A stretch of DNA of 64,000 nucleotides from Podarcis muralis (taxonomy: Eukaryota), in NCBI RefSeq assembly GCF_964188315.1, contig NC_135655.1:59148001-59212000 (forward strand), written 5' to 3'. Every line of letters starts with the position of its first letter. The stretch's first letter is position 1. This document shows positions 34,192 to 45,112 of the stretch, piece by piece. The notes under the pieces were generated by a model. That model saw only the letters and a list, made by a program, of their open reading frames with translations. It searched no databases and was not told the origin of the DNA. The position numbers and the translations under genes were made by a program.

Positions 34192-34245
34192 TAATATAAT
34201 ATAATATAATATAATATAATATAATATAATATAATATAATATAAT
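34192..34245. repeat. (TAATA)n microsatellite at the L2 tail
   Basis: About 11 perfect pentamer units. Confidence 0.97.
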
Positions 34246-35445
34246 CTTTACTACTTACTTATCAAGTCTCCCATGCATGGTGAATCAGACTGTGCCCCTA
34301 CCCACCTCTCCTCCACTTCCTAGGAAAGCAGCAGCAGCAGGTTCATAATTGGACAATGCATATGTCTATTATGCGTAGTGTGGCCCCTAGGTGGCTTGAT
34401 CAGCCTCTTAATGCTTCTGCCTTTCAGGGCTACAGCCACAGGGGGTTGTAAGGCTCCTGGCAGGCCACAATTGCATAATGTGTTCCGCTTCATGGCTCAC
34501 AAGTGGCACAGGCCTGGTCTAGCATTTTCTTAATGATTTCTTTCAGTACTCTCTTAATAGCTTTGCCGTTGACCTCTGGAAAGCCTTCTGTGTTGTATGT
34601 GGCTTTTTGGCTTAAGTTTTCCTGCCATCGTAAGAGGGGCGGTCATTTGTGGTTCTGCTGCATGCTAACTGATAGTTTTCGATGAAGAGTGGGCTGAGAT
34701 CATCAGGGCTGTCTTGTTCCAGGCAGATGTGTCTCTTCATATCCCCCAGGGGATAACAGGCTAATGGTTTGCCCATAAAGCCATGCAGCTTTTAATAGTC
34801 CTCTCTAAAAATGAACAGAGCAGCAGTAGAATCATATGCTGCATTGTGATAACATAATGCTCTTACAAAGCTATTCATTATACAAGCCGCTTTGGTGGAC
34901 AAATTAGACATGCGGAATTTTCAGGTTTTTCCTTATTCAGAGTTTAATTAATTTAGTGTAATAAGCTGTAAGCGCATTAATATCAACAAAATACTTTGTA
35001 CTGTTATCTGTAATACTCAGATGAAAAGCCATAGGCATTGTTGTTTCTTTTTAAAATAAGAAAGGCTTAGTAGTGTTTATAAATAACGTCTTCTAATTTA
35101 TTGCAATTTATGCATGGAAGGGAGGAAAATATGTTCTTTTCTGTGGATGGCAAACCAATGTGGCAATGCAAATCTTTACAAGGAAATCTTTATTAGTGTT
35201 TTTAAAACACTTATTCATTTGCATGCATAGCTCATCTTGAGATTTGAGAAAGCAACGTTTCTGCTCACATGCATTAAGACATTGTAACTTTTCCAGTTAC
35301 TACATTTGCAACTGCTTATATCTGACCATACAGAGCAGAATAGTAAGGTGATTCTAACTATGGCTGTTGCAAAATGTGTATTTGCAATGAGAATTATAGT
35401 GTTGGAACCCAGACATCAAATGTACATTATTCAAATCATCTACTG

Positions 35446-35903
35446 CATAGGTAGGCAAACTAAGGCCTGCAGGCCAGATCATGCCCAATTGCCTTCTGGA
35501 TCCGGCCCGTGGATGGTCTGGGAATCGCTGTGTGGATCCCCAGCGCACACGTTCTTTCCCTCTCCCTCCTCCTTATGGCGGCACAGGCGCCTCCTCCCTC
35601 CCGGCTTCTCCCTACCCTGCCTAGAGGAGGAAGGGGGCTAGGCTTTGTTGGTGCCAGCAGCAGCAGCAGCGCTTGAGCAGCTGCCATTTTAAGCAGCCCC
35701 TCTCCAGAGCCCTTTCACGCGCCGCTCATCGTCCCTCCGCCGCTACCACCGCCGTCAGCCCCTGCTGCTCGCAAGTCACAAGTAAGCAGCCACTGGGGCT
35801 CGTGGTGCTCTTGCATCATTCCCCCCCAAATATAGTCCAGCCCCCCACAATGTCTGAGGGACAGTGGACTGGCCCCCTGCTGAAAACGTTTGCTGACCGT
35901 CTG
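35446..35903 (-). mobile_element. hAT element with the termini of 5114/19264 but a GC-rich core
   Basis: CATAGGTAGGCAAACTAAGGCC and GGCCCCCTGCTGAAAACGTTTGCTGACC match the reverse-complemented ends of 19264-19515; core unrelated; no TSD found. Confidence 0.8.
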
Positions 35904-36254
35904 AAGCAGGGACAGCTGCATACCTGATCTCCATGGATAAACTTGGATAATCCAGACCATAGTGATCACAAGCAGAGAGCAGTCAGATTTTAGGCAGCTG
36001 TCTATTGCCACGGATGAAGTGTAGGTGGTTGTCAGCGGAAAGTCCAGCACTAGGAGCCAGGAGCAAATTCAAAGCAAATAGCTTCATATAACTCATATAG
36101 CACAGTGTTGTTAATTTCTTAACACAAAGGTTGTGTCATCAGAAAACATGACAGTATGGAATGGTGAGGGTTTGGGGTCATCCTAATGGGTTCCCGTGAT
36201 TTGTAGATAGCTTCCAAGAACCACTTTATTATTTTAGCCATTTTTATGTTATGT

Positions 36255-36672
36255 CCTAGTTTGCATGAAATACTAAAACAAACCATGACTTAGTCCCGAT
36301 GAGCAAATATGCAGGTTTCTTGAACAAAGACTGTGGTTGTTGCACTTCTCCCCCAGCCCTGCTACAGTTGGGCTACTTGGGGCTAAGCTATGGTTTAGCT
36401 TAGTATTATATCCAAACCTGGACTTGTGGATTGCCTCACTCCAGACAAATCACCATCAGTAACTAAGGTTTTGTTCTTGGTTCAGTCTTGTGGTTTGTCC
36501 AGAAGAAACAGCCCATGAACCTGGACATAAAGCTAAGCCCAAAGCATGACCTAGCCCTTGGCAATCCAGCAGCAGAAGGCCATGGGAAGAGTCAAATGGC
36601 CATAGTCTTTACCATGTGAAATACTGATTGTGCTAAGCCATGGTTTGGTTTAGTGTTATCTGCAAACTTGGG
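36255..36672. mobile_element. Foldback-like element with ~40-bp imperfect terminal inverted repeats
   Basis: CCTAGTTTGCATGAAATACTAAAACAAACCATGACTTAG (36255-) pairs with CTAAGCCATGGTTTGGTTTAGTGTTATCTGCAAACTTGGG (-36672); an internal copy of the right arm lies near 36384-36420. Confidence 0.7.
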
Positions 36673-39600
36673 CAATGAACATATGCATGAGGGGGTGGGA
36701 GCAAGATTGCAGCAGTAGGTCTGGTCTCTGAATTACGCACATTCATTTGAAGGTCAGGACATGGCCTCTATTCCTACAATTGCACAGGTTCAGGGATCTC
36801 TCCATGCTTTTTCTGTTTTCCATTGTATGGAGAGAGGCCTGTGTTCCAACCTTCAAATGAATTCACGACAAGAGGACAGCATACAATGTGCCAACCCAAT
36901 CCCATTACCTCTCCCTCTTCCAGATGCATTCATTTGTCATCTGAAAGGGGCTTTGGCCTTTCACCTTTCTCTTTTCTTGTATAGAGAATCTCAGTACAGT
37001 TCCTTACGCTTTGCAGAAATTCTGCCTTTCAAGTTGAAATTATGATTCTCTTAATTCTGTCTTACACTTATTGTCCAGGCTGTGGAAAAGACCAATTAGT
37101 ATGTCATCTCTGGAGAAATGTCTTCAGAATATATAACACCAGGAATGCACTTTCTTTCTAGTGGAGACTTAAATTGCATTGATCCATCAGAATATGTGCG
37201 GAATGCAAAGCGGTTTTTATTTATTTTAACTAATTAGCCAGCCGTAAAAGTTCACACTGTGCTCTGAGAGTCAAGCTGGGATCTTTCATCTCACAAAAAC
37301 CATCCATTCTTACAGTGATTCTTTAGGAAAAACTTCTTAAATGCTCTCCATGCAATCAGATTATCTTCAAATTATATCCAGAGTGACAATATATGACTTG
37401 TACAAAGGTCACTGTAAAGGAGTAATTCAAAAACCAGGCAACTTGTGCCCTGTATGTTTTTCTCTTCAGAAAATATATCCAAGTGATGTAGCAACTCTTG
37501 CTGAATAGTGACTGGTTTTCAATCTGTGTCAAAGGACAGGCACTCTACTGAATCTATACCAAGGTAGAAATTAACTGCCTTTAGCATCCTTCCACTTAGA
37601 ATCTTAGATCATATCACTGAAGCAGTGTAATTTGCTTAAGGGCAAGCCTGGCTTGGTTAAAGAAACCCTTTGTCCAGAATGTAAAATTTTTGTGTGTTTT
37701 TCCCCTCCCTCGCTCCGTGATGCTCAGCAATCAGTGTAGCTTCACAATATTTATAAACAGATAATTGGAGCACGTTGTTCAGCTCTGCTGCCCTTCAGCT
37801 GGGCATTATATGCTGTTAAACCAGGCACGCGACCAATATAATTTTTCATCTCTCCCATTGATCTTGTACAACATAATATATATCTTTGCAAGGTTAATGC
37901 AGATCAGCTGTCAAAAACTTAAATAGGCTGGTGTCTAAAGTATACAGAATTGAAAGAGAAAATAGTCCGGCTGCTGTCCCTTCTTTCCATTGTTGATGAT
38001 CCCTGCAGTTAATAATGGCTTATTGTGAACAGGGTGCTGTTTGTATATATCCTGGGTTATCTTCCCAATCATTTCTGGATATCAGGAATGTTTCATATGA
38101 TTCTGCACGAATGAATGAAGAGGGGTGTACACCGCAGTAACATATTTCAAACATGCTATCTATTTATCTATTATCTAACATGTTATCTATTTATTTAATT
38201 CATGCGGCGTATGGGAGCAATTTACAAAGCTTACTACACGAAAAGAAAAATGAAACAGATAACATGTTGTAATAGTTCTGTCAAAGAGTTCATTAGGAAT
38301 TCAATTTCTGTGAATTCAAATGTGATCTTATATGATTCTTAAAAACTAATATAAATATCAGAATCAATTATTCTTGTTATTTTGCACATTTTCAGATTTT
38401 ATGGTAAAGTTCTTGGCTGAAAAAAGAAAGATACGAAAATGCATTAAAAAGGCACATTTTAGGATAGGGTGCACTTACTAGCTTATATGTAGAGATAAAA
38501 TTTATATTTAAATACATATTTTGTGACAGAATACGTATTTAAATATGAATGTTAGTGTAGATTTTATAAAACCTTCAGATTAATGAAGAAATAGAATGGA
38601 ACAGGCTAATAAATAAGCACATGTGGAATTGACTTGGGCCCAGTCCATCCCTGGTTGTCTTGGAAGAGACAACTCTCTGGAGCAACTAACAAGACACACA
38701 CACACCACATCCTTTCCCCTTTATTTCCAGCAGTTTTTAGAGTTCTGACTACATGGACTAATCAAGTAAAAAAATCTAATGTTTACTTTTAACATACACA
38801 GTCGTGAAGACAGGAAAACGATCAGACCCCTCACCTTGTATTTTAGAAAATTATTAATAGTGGTCTACATTGTAGGAATATGGTGCACTTTTTACTTTGT
38901 CAGCAATGTCTGCAACCTGCAATATGAGGAGAATGGACTATGATAGCATTGCCTGGGTAATTTTTAATTGTCTACTAACGTGGCTACTAGGATCTTTGTG
39001 TGGCTGACACAAGTGTTAGTGTGCAGGGGGCATGACTAGCAATGTAATGCTGCTGCCCCATCTTCTGTTCATTATCCACATATACCGGATGTGTGAATAG
39101 TTGTGATAATTAGATTCATTAACTTGCACCACCCCATGAACCAGTTACTGAACCTTTATTGTCCTGAATTGGAACTGAACCAGATTACCATCAGACACAA
39201 CTGAACCCAAACAAAAGCCACAAAACCAGAACATTTAGTATTTTGATTATCTGGATCTAATAAATGTGGCTTTGGGGGGTGGGGTGGGGGAGGATTTGTT
39301 TACCATGTTGAGTGAACTTAAGAGATGCCTTTTCTGTGGACCCTAACAGCCATGAAGTCTTACCTGGTTATGCATTTGTTACTTCACTGTTTGCTAGAAT
39401 GATCTAATGGTGAAAGAACACTTTGTAGCAAAAAGAGTACATATTTGTTCTCTTTGTGGAGTTTTTGAACCTTTCCCCTCTCTTTGCTTGTAGTATGTTG
39501 TGCTAATTCAGTTTTGGTTCAGCTGCACCAGTTTTTATAAACACACAATTTGTTTTCTTGTCTTGATGCCAGGCATTGTTTTTCAAGCTTCCAGACCATG

Positions 39601-39894
39601 ACCAGAACTCTGAATACAAAGTACACATTTATTTTTTGCTTGGTTGAAGAGCACTGCCTAGGAGCAGAAGGTGCTTTTGACAGCTATATTAATGGGACAA
39701 GATGAACATAAAATGTCTATTTGGTACAAACCCATTGTGTACAGAAAGCGTTTTTTATTAAGCCTTTAAAGTATCGTTGTGTATTTTAGGAAAGATTTTT
39801 AAATAAGAATAAAAAACAACCCAACTCTTTTAACAGCTGACTTATTAGTTGAATTGACATGATCTAGAGCAGTCACTAAAGGAATTTCTAAGGG

Positions 39895-39896
<2 letters not shown>

Positions 39897-39929
<33 letters not shown>
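39897..39929. repeat. (GT)n microsatellite
   Basis: About 16 GT units. Confidence 0.97.
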
Positions 39930-39932
<3 letters not shown>

Positions 39933-40808
39933 AACTCAAGAAAATTCCTATAACTTTTCAAGGCACTTGTATATGCCTTCCTGTTACCACAGTTCCTGGG
40001 CTTCTTTTATGCCAAATTATATTGAGCTTCAATGCTGTTGTTGCTATTTATTATTAATATTACCTACCATTCACCAGAAGGTTCCAGGACAAGTTACAGT
40101 AATATAAAATATGGTGTAAAGCTAAACTATTAATAATTGAAATGGATATGAACACTTCTGATCCTAACGCAGCAGTGCTAGGAGAGGTGAGGGAAATGCA
40201 AGAGTCTGAGACTTGCTGTAGCTCATGCCCATAATGATAAACTGGAGTTCATTGTTATGTCCAAATGGAATCAAAGCCAAGTTGAAGGTGGCTAAGTAAT
40301 TTTGAATATTATACTGGTAATATTTCTGTTACCAGATACAGTATTCACAACATACAAGATTGCTACATGACTTTCTTTTCATTATTCTCAAATGCTGTGA
40401 GAATAAAAATGCTGCCGAACTTTTTTCTTATCTCATCTGTTACACTATTAATGAGTTCTTTTAAATTAATTGTTTTTCCAGTTCTGTGATATGCCAGCGT
40501 GCTCTTTTGGTGGTAAAAGTCATGATAATCTTAATATGCTGCAAATCACTTAGTGGATGAAATGAAAATTCTTCATCTACATGGCGCTTGATTTTTCTAT
40601 TGAAATGCTTTGAAATGCTAAATTGAGAATTACGTTGCTGTGCCCATGTACCTCCCTTGTCTGAAATGAGATTAACAGGAACATAGAGCCGGACTGTTCC
40701 TTTGGCACTCACATTTCAGAATACCCATCTCTTGGCAAATCTCTCAATAAATATTTCCGTCTCCCCTTCTTCTCATTTTGTTGCTTTCTACTGCTGTTGC
40801 TGTTTACT

Positions 40809-41067
40809 AGAGCCAGTGTGGTGTAGTGGTTAAGAGCGGTAGTCTCATAATCTGGGGAACCGGGTTCGCGTCTCCGCTCCTCCACATGCAGCTGCTGGGT
40901 GACCTTGGGCCAGTCACACTTCTCTGAAGTCTCTCAGCCCTACTCATCTCACAGAGTGTTTGTTGTGGGGGAGGAAGGGAAAGGAGAATGTTAGCCGCTT
41001 TGAGACTCCTTAAAGGGAGTGAAAGGCGGGATATCAAATCCAAACTCTTCTTCTTCTTCTTCTTCTT
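40809..41067 (+). mobile_element. MIR/Ther1-derived squamate SINE (Squam3-like)
   Basis: Near-identical to 33601-33859, with a (TTC)n tail; short possible TSD TTACTA. Confidence 0.92.
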
Positions 41068-41494
41068 ACTAAGCAATCATATTATATATTGTTTGCTTGT
41101 TGTTATTGTATTTGGGTCACCTTGAGAGATATCTTGGGATGTTTCTCGTTTTCACAAGAGGAAGGCAAATCATCATGTTGCCAGTGTTCAAATCCAGTGT
41201 TCTATAGCCCCTTCCATGCATAGGGCTAATGTGTGGAGACTGGAACACGGCCATACCTGTGGGCCACTCACCCTCCATCTTCTTACACATGAGCAGCTGC
41301 TTGTGAATTGGTACTCTGGGTACACACACCTTACTGTTGCTTCTGATCATCCCAAAGCTGATAAGGACTCCACTTCCCACACGGAGGTTAATCCTTGGAT
41401 TAATAGAATTGCATTTCATATGAGCCCATTCACTAATTGGGGTCAAGACTGTGGGCACCGCTGTCTGTGCCATCTATATGACACATTCAAACAG

Positions 41495-41640
41495 CTGCAG
41501 ATAGAGGTCAAGCCTCTCCCCAATAGCCCCCAAACTGTGGAACCTCCTTCCAGAATGAGTCCGGAAAGCTTTGTCACTGGTCTTTGGCAAGGTTTATAAA
41601 ACTTGTGTATTCCATCAAGCTTTTTGAGTAAAACTATTTT
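41495..41640 (+). mobile_element. Degenerate L2 LINE 3' ORF2 fragment
   Basis: AGCCCCCAAACTGTGGAACCTCCTTCC...ATAAAACTTGTGTATTCCATCAAGCTTTTTGA, equivalent to APKLWNLLP...KT..F.QAF*. Confidence 0.55.
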
Positions 41641-42077
41641 TGTTAGGTGTCTTTAACAATGGTTTAAATATTGTTCAGTTTTTGTTTCAGCTGTACACCA
41701 CTTCAGTAGCATCAACATATTGTAATAAACTTCATCAATGAAGAAATTGATTTATGGGATTGTTTTATTCATTTAAAGCATTTCTATTCTTCTCTTGTTG
41801 TTTTAAGGATTTGCAGAAACTGCAAGGAGGAAGGCCCAGTTAAATCTGCTTCCCACAGTTGTTTTAGAAGGAAGGCTCAGAAATATGCCACATTCTGAAT
41901 ACATCTGACTTTATGCAGAGTTGAAGACTTTGTACATATTATTACATATTGTTCCTTATATGAAGTGCTCAGGGAGCAACACTTGGGATAAATTTTTGGA
42001 GAGATGTGGAGATGTCTGACCATGGGGTTGTAATTTATTTACATGGCCAGCAAGATAAGTATTCAACTTCCTAATAT

Positions 42078-42259
42078 ATCTTCATCGAACTGTTGATTAT
42101 GGATCCAATATGTCATTCCTGTCCAGTTATCACCAGTGAAGATCCCATGAGTGTACATGTGAAGTTAAGATTTTTTGCATGGACGTGCATAACTTTTTCA
42201 TACTGAATTGCAATTGTCAATTTACTGCCTGTTCACTCAGTCTGGAGATATCCTTTTGA
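42078..42259 (-). mobile_element. CR1 LINE RT C-terminal fragment
   Basis: Minus frames QKDISRLSEQAVN*QLQFSMKK / VMHVHAKNLNFTCTLMGSSLVITGQE*HIGSIINSSMK match the CR1 pattern (D..RL..W...WQM.FN..KCKVMH.G.KN...Y.LMG..L......DLGV..D..MK). Confidence 0.85.
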
Positions 42260-42291
42260 CACATAAGTTCTGAAAAACAAATTAAATTATG

Positions 42292-42427
42292 CCGCCTTCT
42301 CCAAAATGGTGCCCTCCAGATGTTTTGGACTACAACTCCCATCATCCCCATCCAGCATTGTTAACAATTATGGATGATGGGAGTTGCAGTCCAAAAAGTC
42401 TGGAGAGCGAAAGGTTGGGGAAGGCTG
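42292..42427. mobile_element. Palindromic hAT-type MITE (GGACTACAACTCCCATC family)
   Basis: GGACTACAACTCCCATCATCC / GGATGATGGGAGTTGCAGTCC arms; ends CCGCCTTCTCC / GGGGAAGGCTG; TSD not found. Confidence 0.8.
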
Positions 42428-43339
42428 TCCTCAGCTCATGATGTGCATTCCTAAACTCGTGTGTACTATTGAGCTCAATAAGTTTTACTTCCTAGTTAAG
42501 TATGTTTAGAATTACAGGTTACCTATTTTCACTTCTCTTTTCCTAGCTTCATAGTGTGCAGTATGATCATCTAGCTGAGATCCTACTTTAACTTAATTAA
42601 GACTGAATTCCTTTATGAATGAACTGGAAGAACTCTAAGGAATGGATTCCTTGAGGCACATGAGAAAATAGTCTGCTTCAAGAAGGCATGGCAGGATTAG
42701 CATTTTTTCAGCTATAGCTTGAGGGGATTAAATAATAGGGGGAAGTATTATTATATTTGTGAGGAAATCTTCTAACTTGGTAGACATTAGCAACCAGTTA
42801 AAGCAGTGATGGTTTCATAATGTGCATTTATCTTTGCAGCATGAGATGAATAACTACTAGGCTCCCTGTTTTATAGAATCAAAAGGTATCTTTGTCTCTG
42901 AAGCAAGATGAAAATAATTTCAGAAAATTATGGTTGTTTGTGGTTAGAAACATATGGCAGTAAGCTGGGTGGGGTGGGGTGGTTCAAAAACCAAAACATG
43001 AAACAGGTGATCAGTTTTAAGCTAACATCTTGAATCCATCCTGGGAATGCGAGGAAAACAATTATTTCAGTTCATTTGTATCTTTTGTGCTTGTCAGAAG
43101 TGGAAATTATTTTAGCTGTAATAACTTTGGAATAAGAAATAAAAGAGCATTGCCCCAAATATCTCTTATGAAGAAGCTGACTCTGATCCCAAGGTAGCAG
43201 CAGATGTTATCCATGTGTACTGGTGGGGGCTTTTTTTACCACTGTTTCTCTGAACTAAAACAGTTAATAGGCTTGCTTATTCGTTGATCCAAAACAATTA
43301 ACAAGCCCATACTATATAAGTCAGGAGTGGACAGACTTC

Positions 43340-43692
43340 TGATTCCTTGGATTCAGCGCGCCCCGGGCTTCGAGCTTTGCACAGCTCTCCGCAAGCCGTG
43401 GGAGCCTGGCATGACCTCGTGCCGGGCTCCCACGGCTTGCAGAGAACTGCCTGCATCTGAAGCCTGGGGCGAGCTGAGCTCAGTGCGCCTCGGGCTTCAA
43501 GCTTCGTGCACCTCTCCGCAAGCCGCTTGCGGAGAGCTGCCTGTTCTGGGGGCTGGGGTCGGGGGAAGCTCGGGCTTCCCCCGCCCCAGCCCCGCGCCTG
43601 GGGAAAAAATAATTCCCCCCCCCTTTATTCCCCCCCCCAAAAAACTAGGTGCGCCCTATGGGCCGGTGCGCCCTATGGGGCGAAAAATACGG
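43340..43692 (-). mobile_element. One end of a pogo/Tigger-like non-autonomous element with a GC/CpG-rich body
   Basis: Ends GGTGCGCCCTATGGGCCGGTGCGCCCTATGGGGCGAAAAATACGG+TA (reverse TA-CCGTATTTTTCGCCCCATAGGGCGCACC); opposite TIR absent; left boundary approximate. Confidence 0.7.
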
Positions 43693-44699
43693 TACTTTGT
43701 ATTTTTTCTAGAATCTCAAGGTCAGAGTTAAGTGCAAAAGATAGTTACAATTCATATAAAATAACAGGGTGGCTCCAAGCACATTCCCTGAACCTCGGGA
43801 TTTGTTTGCAGTACACATAACTGAATTGAAATCACAGTTGCTTTACATGAAACTTCAATTTTGATTAGCTTTCTTAATTTCAACAGTGTGATTTAGGTTA
43901 AAAAATGTTACAGTTGGGAATCAGAAATCCACACCATTGGGAATCTGAAACCAACACCAATCTCCTGCAGATCAGCCATAGATTTACCAGTTGATCCCAA
44001 TCTGCCTTCTACCTACCTGTGCAATAAGCTGTATAGTAGTCTTGCAAAGGCTGAGAAATGTCAGGTTATCCACAGACTCACTGCATGGCTTCTGGCACTT
44101 TTTTAGTAGGATTAACTTCTCCGTACTGCGTGTGAAATTGAATACAAACAAAAGGCAGGTCCATCCCAAAATAGCATAATAATATTAGCTGGTGATGAGA
44201 GATGGAGAGTTAACTGGTTAAACTATTCTAAAAGCAATGTTTGATCGGAAGCTGTTCTGTGGTGCCAGAATAATATATTAGGTATTTCACAGAAGATAAA
44301 TGGCATAAATTACAGCACAAATGTTATGTTGGGACAATCAATATGGTGCTGATGTTCCTGTGGTTGTGTGCTGCTGTGATGTTTATCAGAAATCTTTATA
44401 GAAATGGCTTAGCAGAAAGGTATATATTTGTCCTGGCGCAGTGATGATTGTGAAAAAGAGACTGCATACAAGAAATGTCATGGGTCTCTGATGAAATGAT
44501 AGCGGTCTGCAAGATTAATAGTCTCTTGCAATTCACTTGCCTCCATATGCGGGTAATGCTTAGGGCGTTTGCTGCCACAAGGTGTCCACTGGGTTAGATA
44601 ACTTTAAAAGAGCTTATGGAAATTCAGAGGTTCTTTGTCCATCAGTGCTTATTTGAGCACTGGTAGTTCCATATTGGGATGCAGTATGTCTCTAGCAAT

Positions 44700-45112
44700 G
44701 GATGACTTTGTCAACTTTGGTTTCTCTTAGTTGCTCAATTTTTCTAACCTTAAATTCAGTTCACCCCATTTCCTCATCAGTCGTGGCTTTTGTTTTTTGT
44801 GTTTTAAAATGCATGTGAATTCGTAAGCATTTCTGGTGCATTTTCCCCTATGTTCACATGTTTGCGTGCAATTTTACTTAATATACACATTTTTACAAGC
44901 AATTTCTTCTTATATAACATGTTTTTCTCTATACTTATTTTCAATAATATGCTGTGCACTTTTTGTTTGCAGTATTCGCTTGGAGAACTACATCACTAAA
45001 TTCAGTGATATTCAAAGAACAGCTGTGTTTCGGTTTGTGTATTGTTTTGGAAAGTGCAGCTTAGCTGGGCATGTATTAAAATGTGAACCAAACAAATGTC
45101 TCACCCATCCCT
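44700..45112. mobile_element. Degenerate AT-rich DNA-transposon-like repeat
   Basis: Ends TCTCACCCATCCCTA; a related start TAGGGATGTGTGA..TTTCGGTTTCTC occurs near 53027. Boundaries uncertain. Confidence 0.4.

Noticed and set aside
40461-40712. 83-aa minus ORF (…ISDKGGTWAQ…) suggestive of an integrase
   Set aside because: It begins at GTG, there is no D,D(35)E spacing or flanking pol sequence, and the similarity is superficial.
33594-41076. Near-identical ORFs at 33594-33977 and 40807-41076 (…KKKKKSLDLISRLSLPLRS…)
   Set aside because: Antisense translations of two copies of the same SINE, not paralogous genes.
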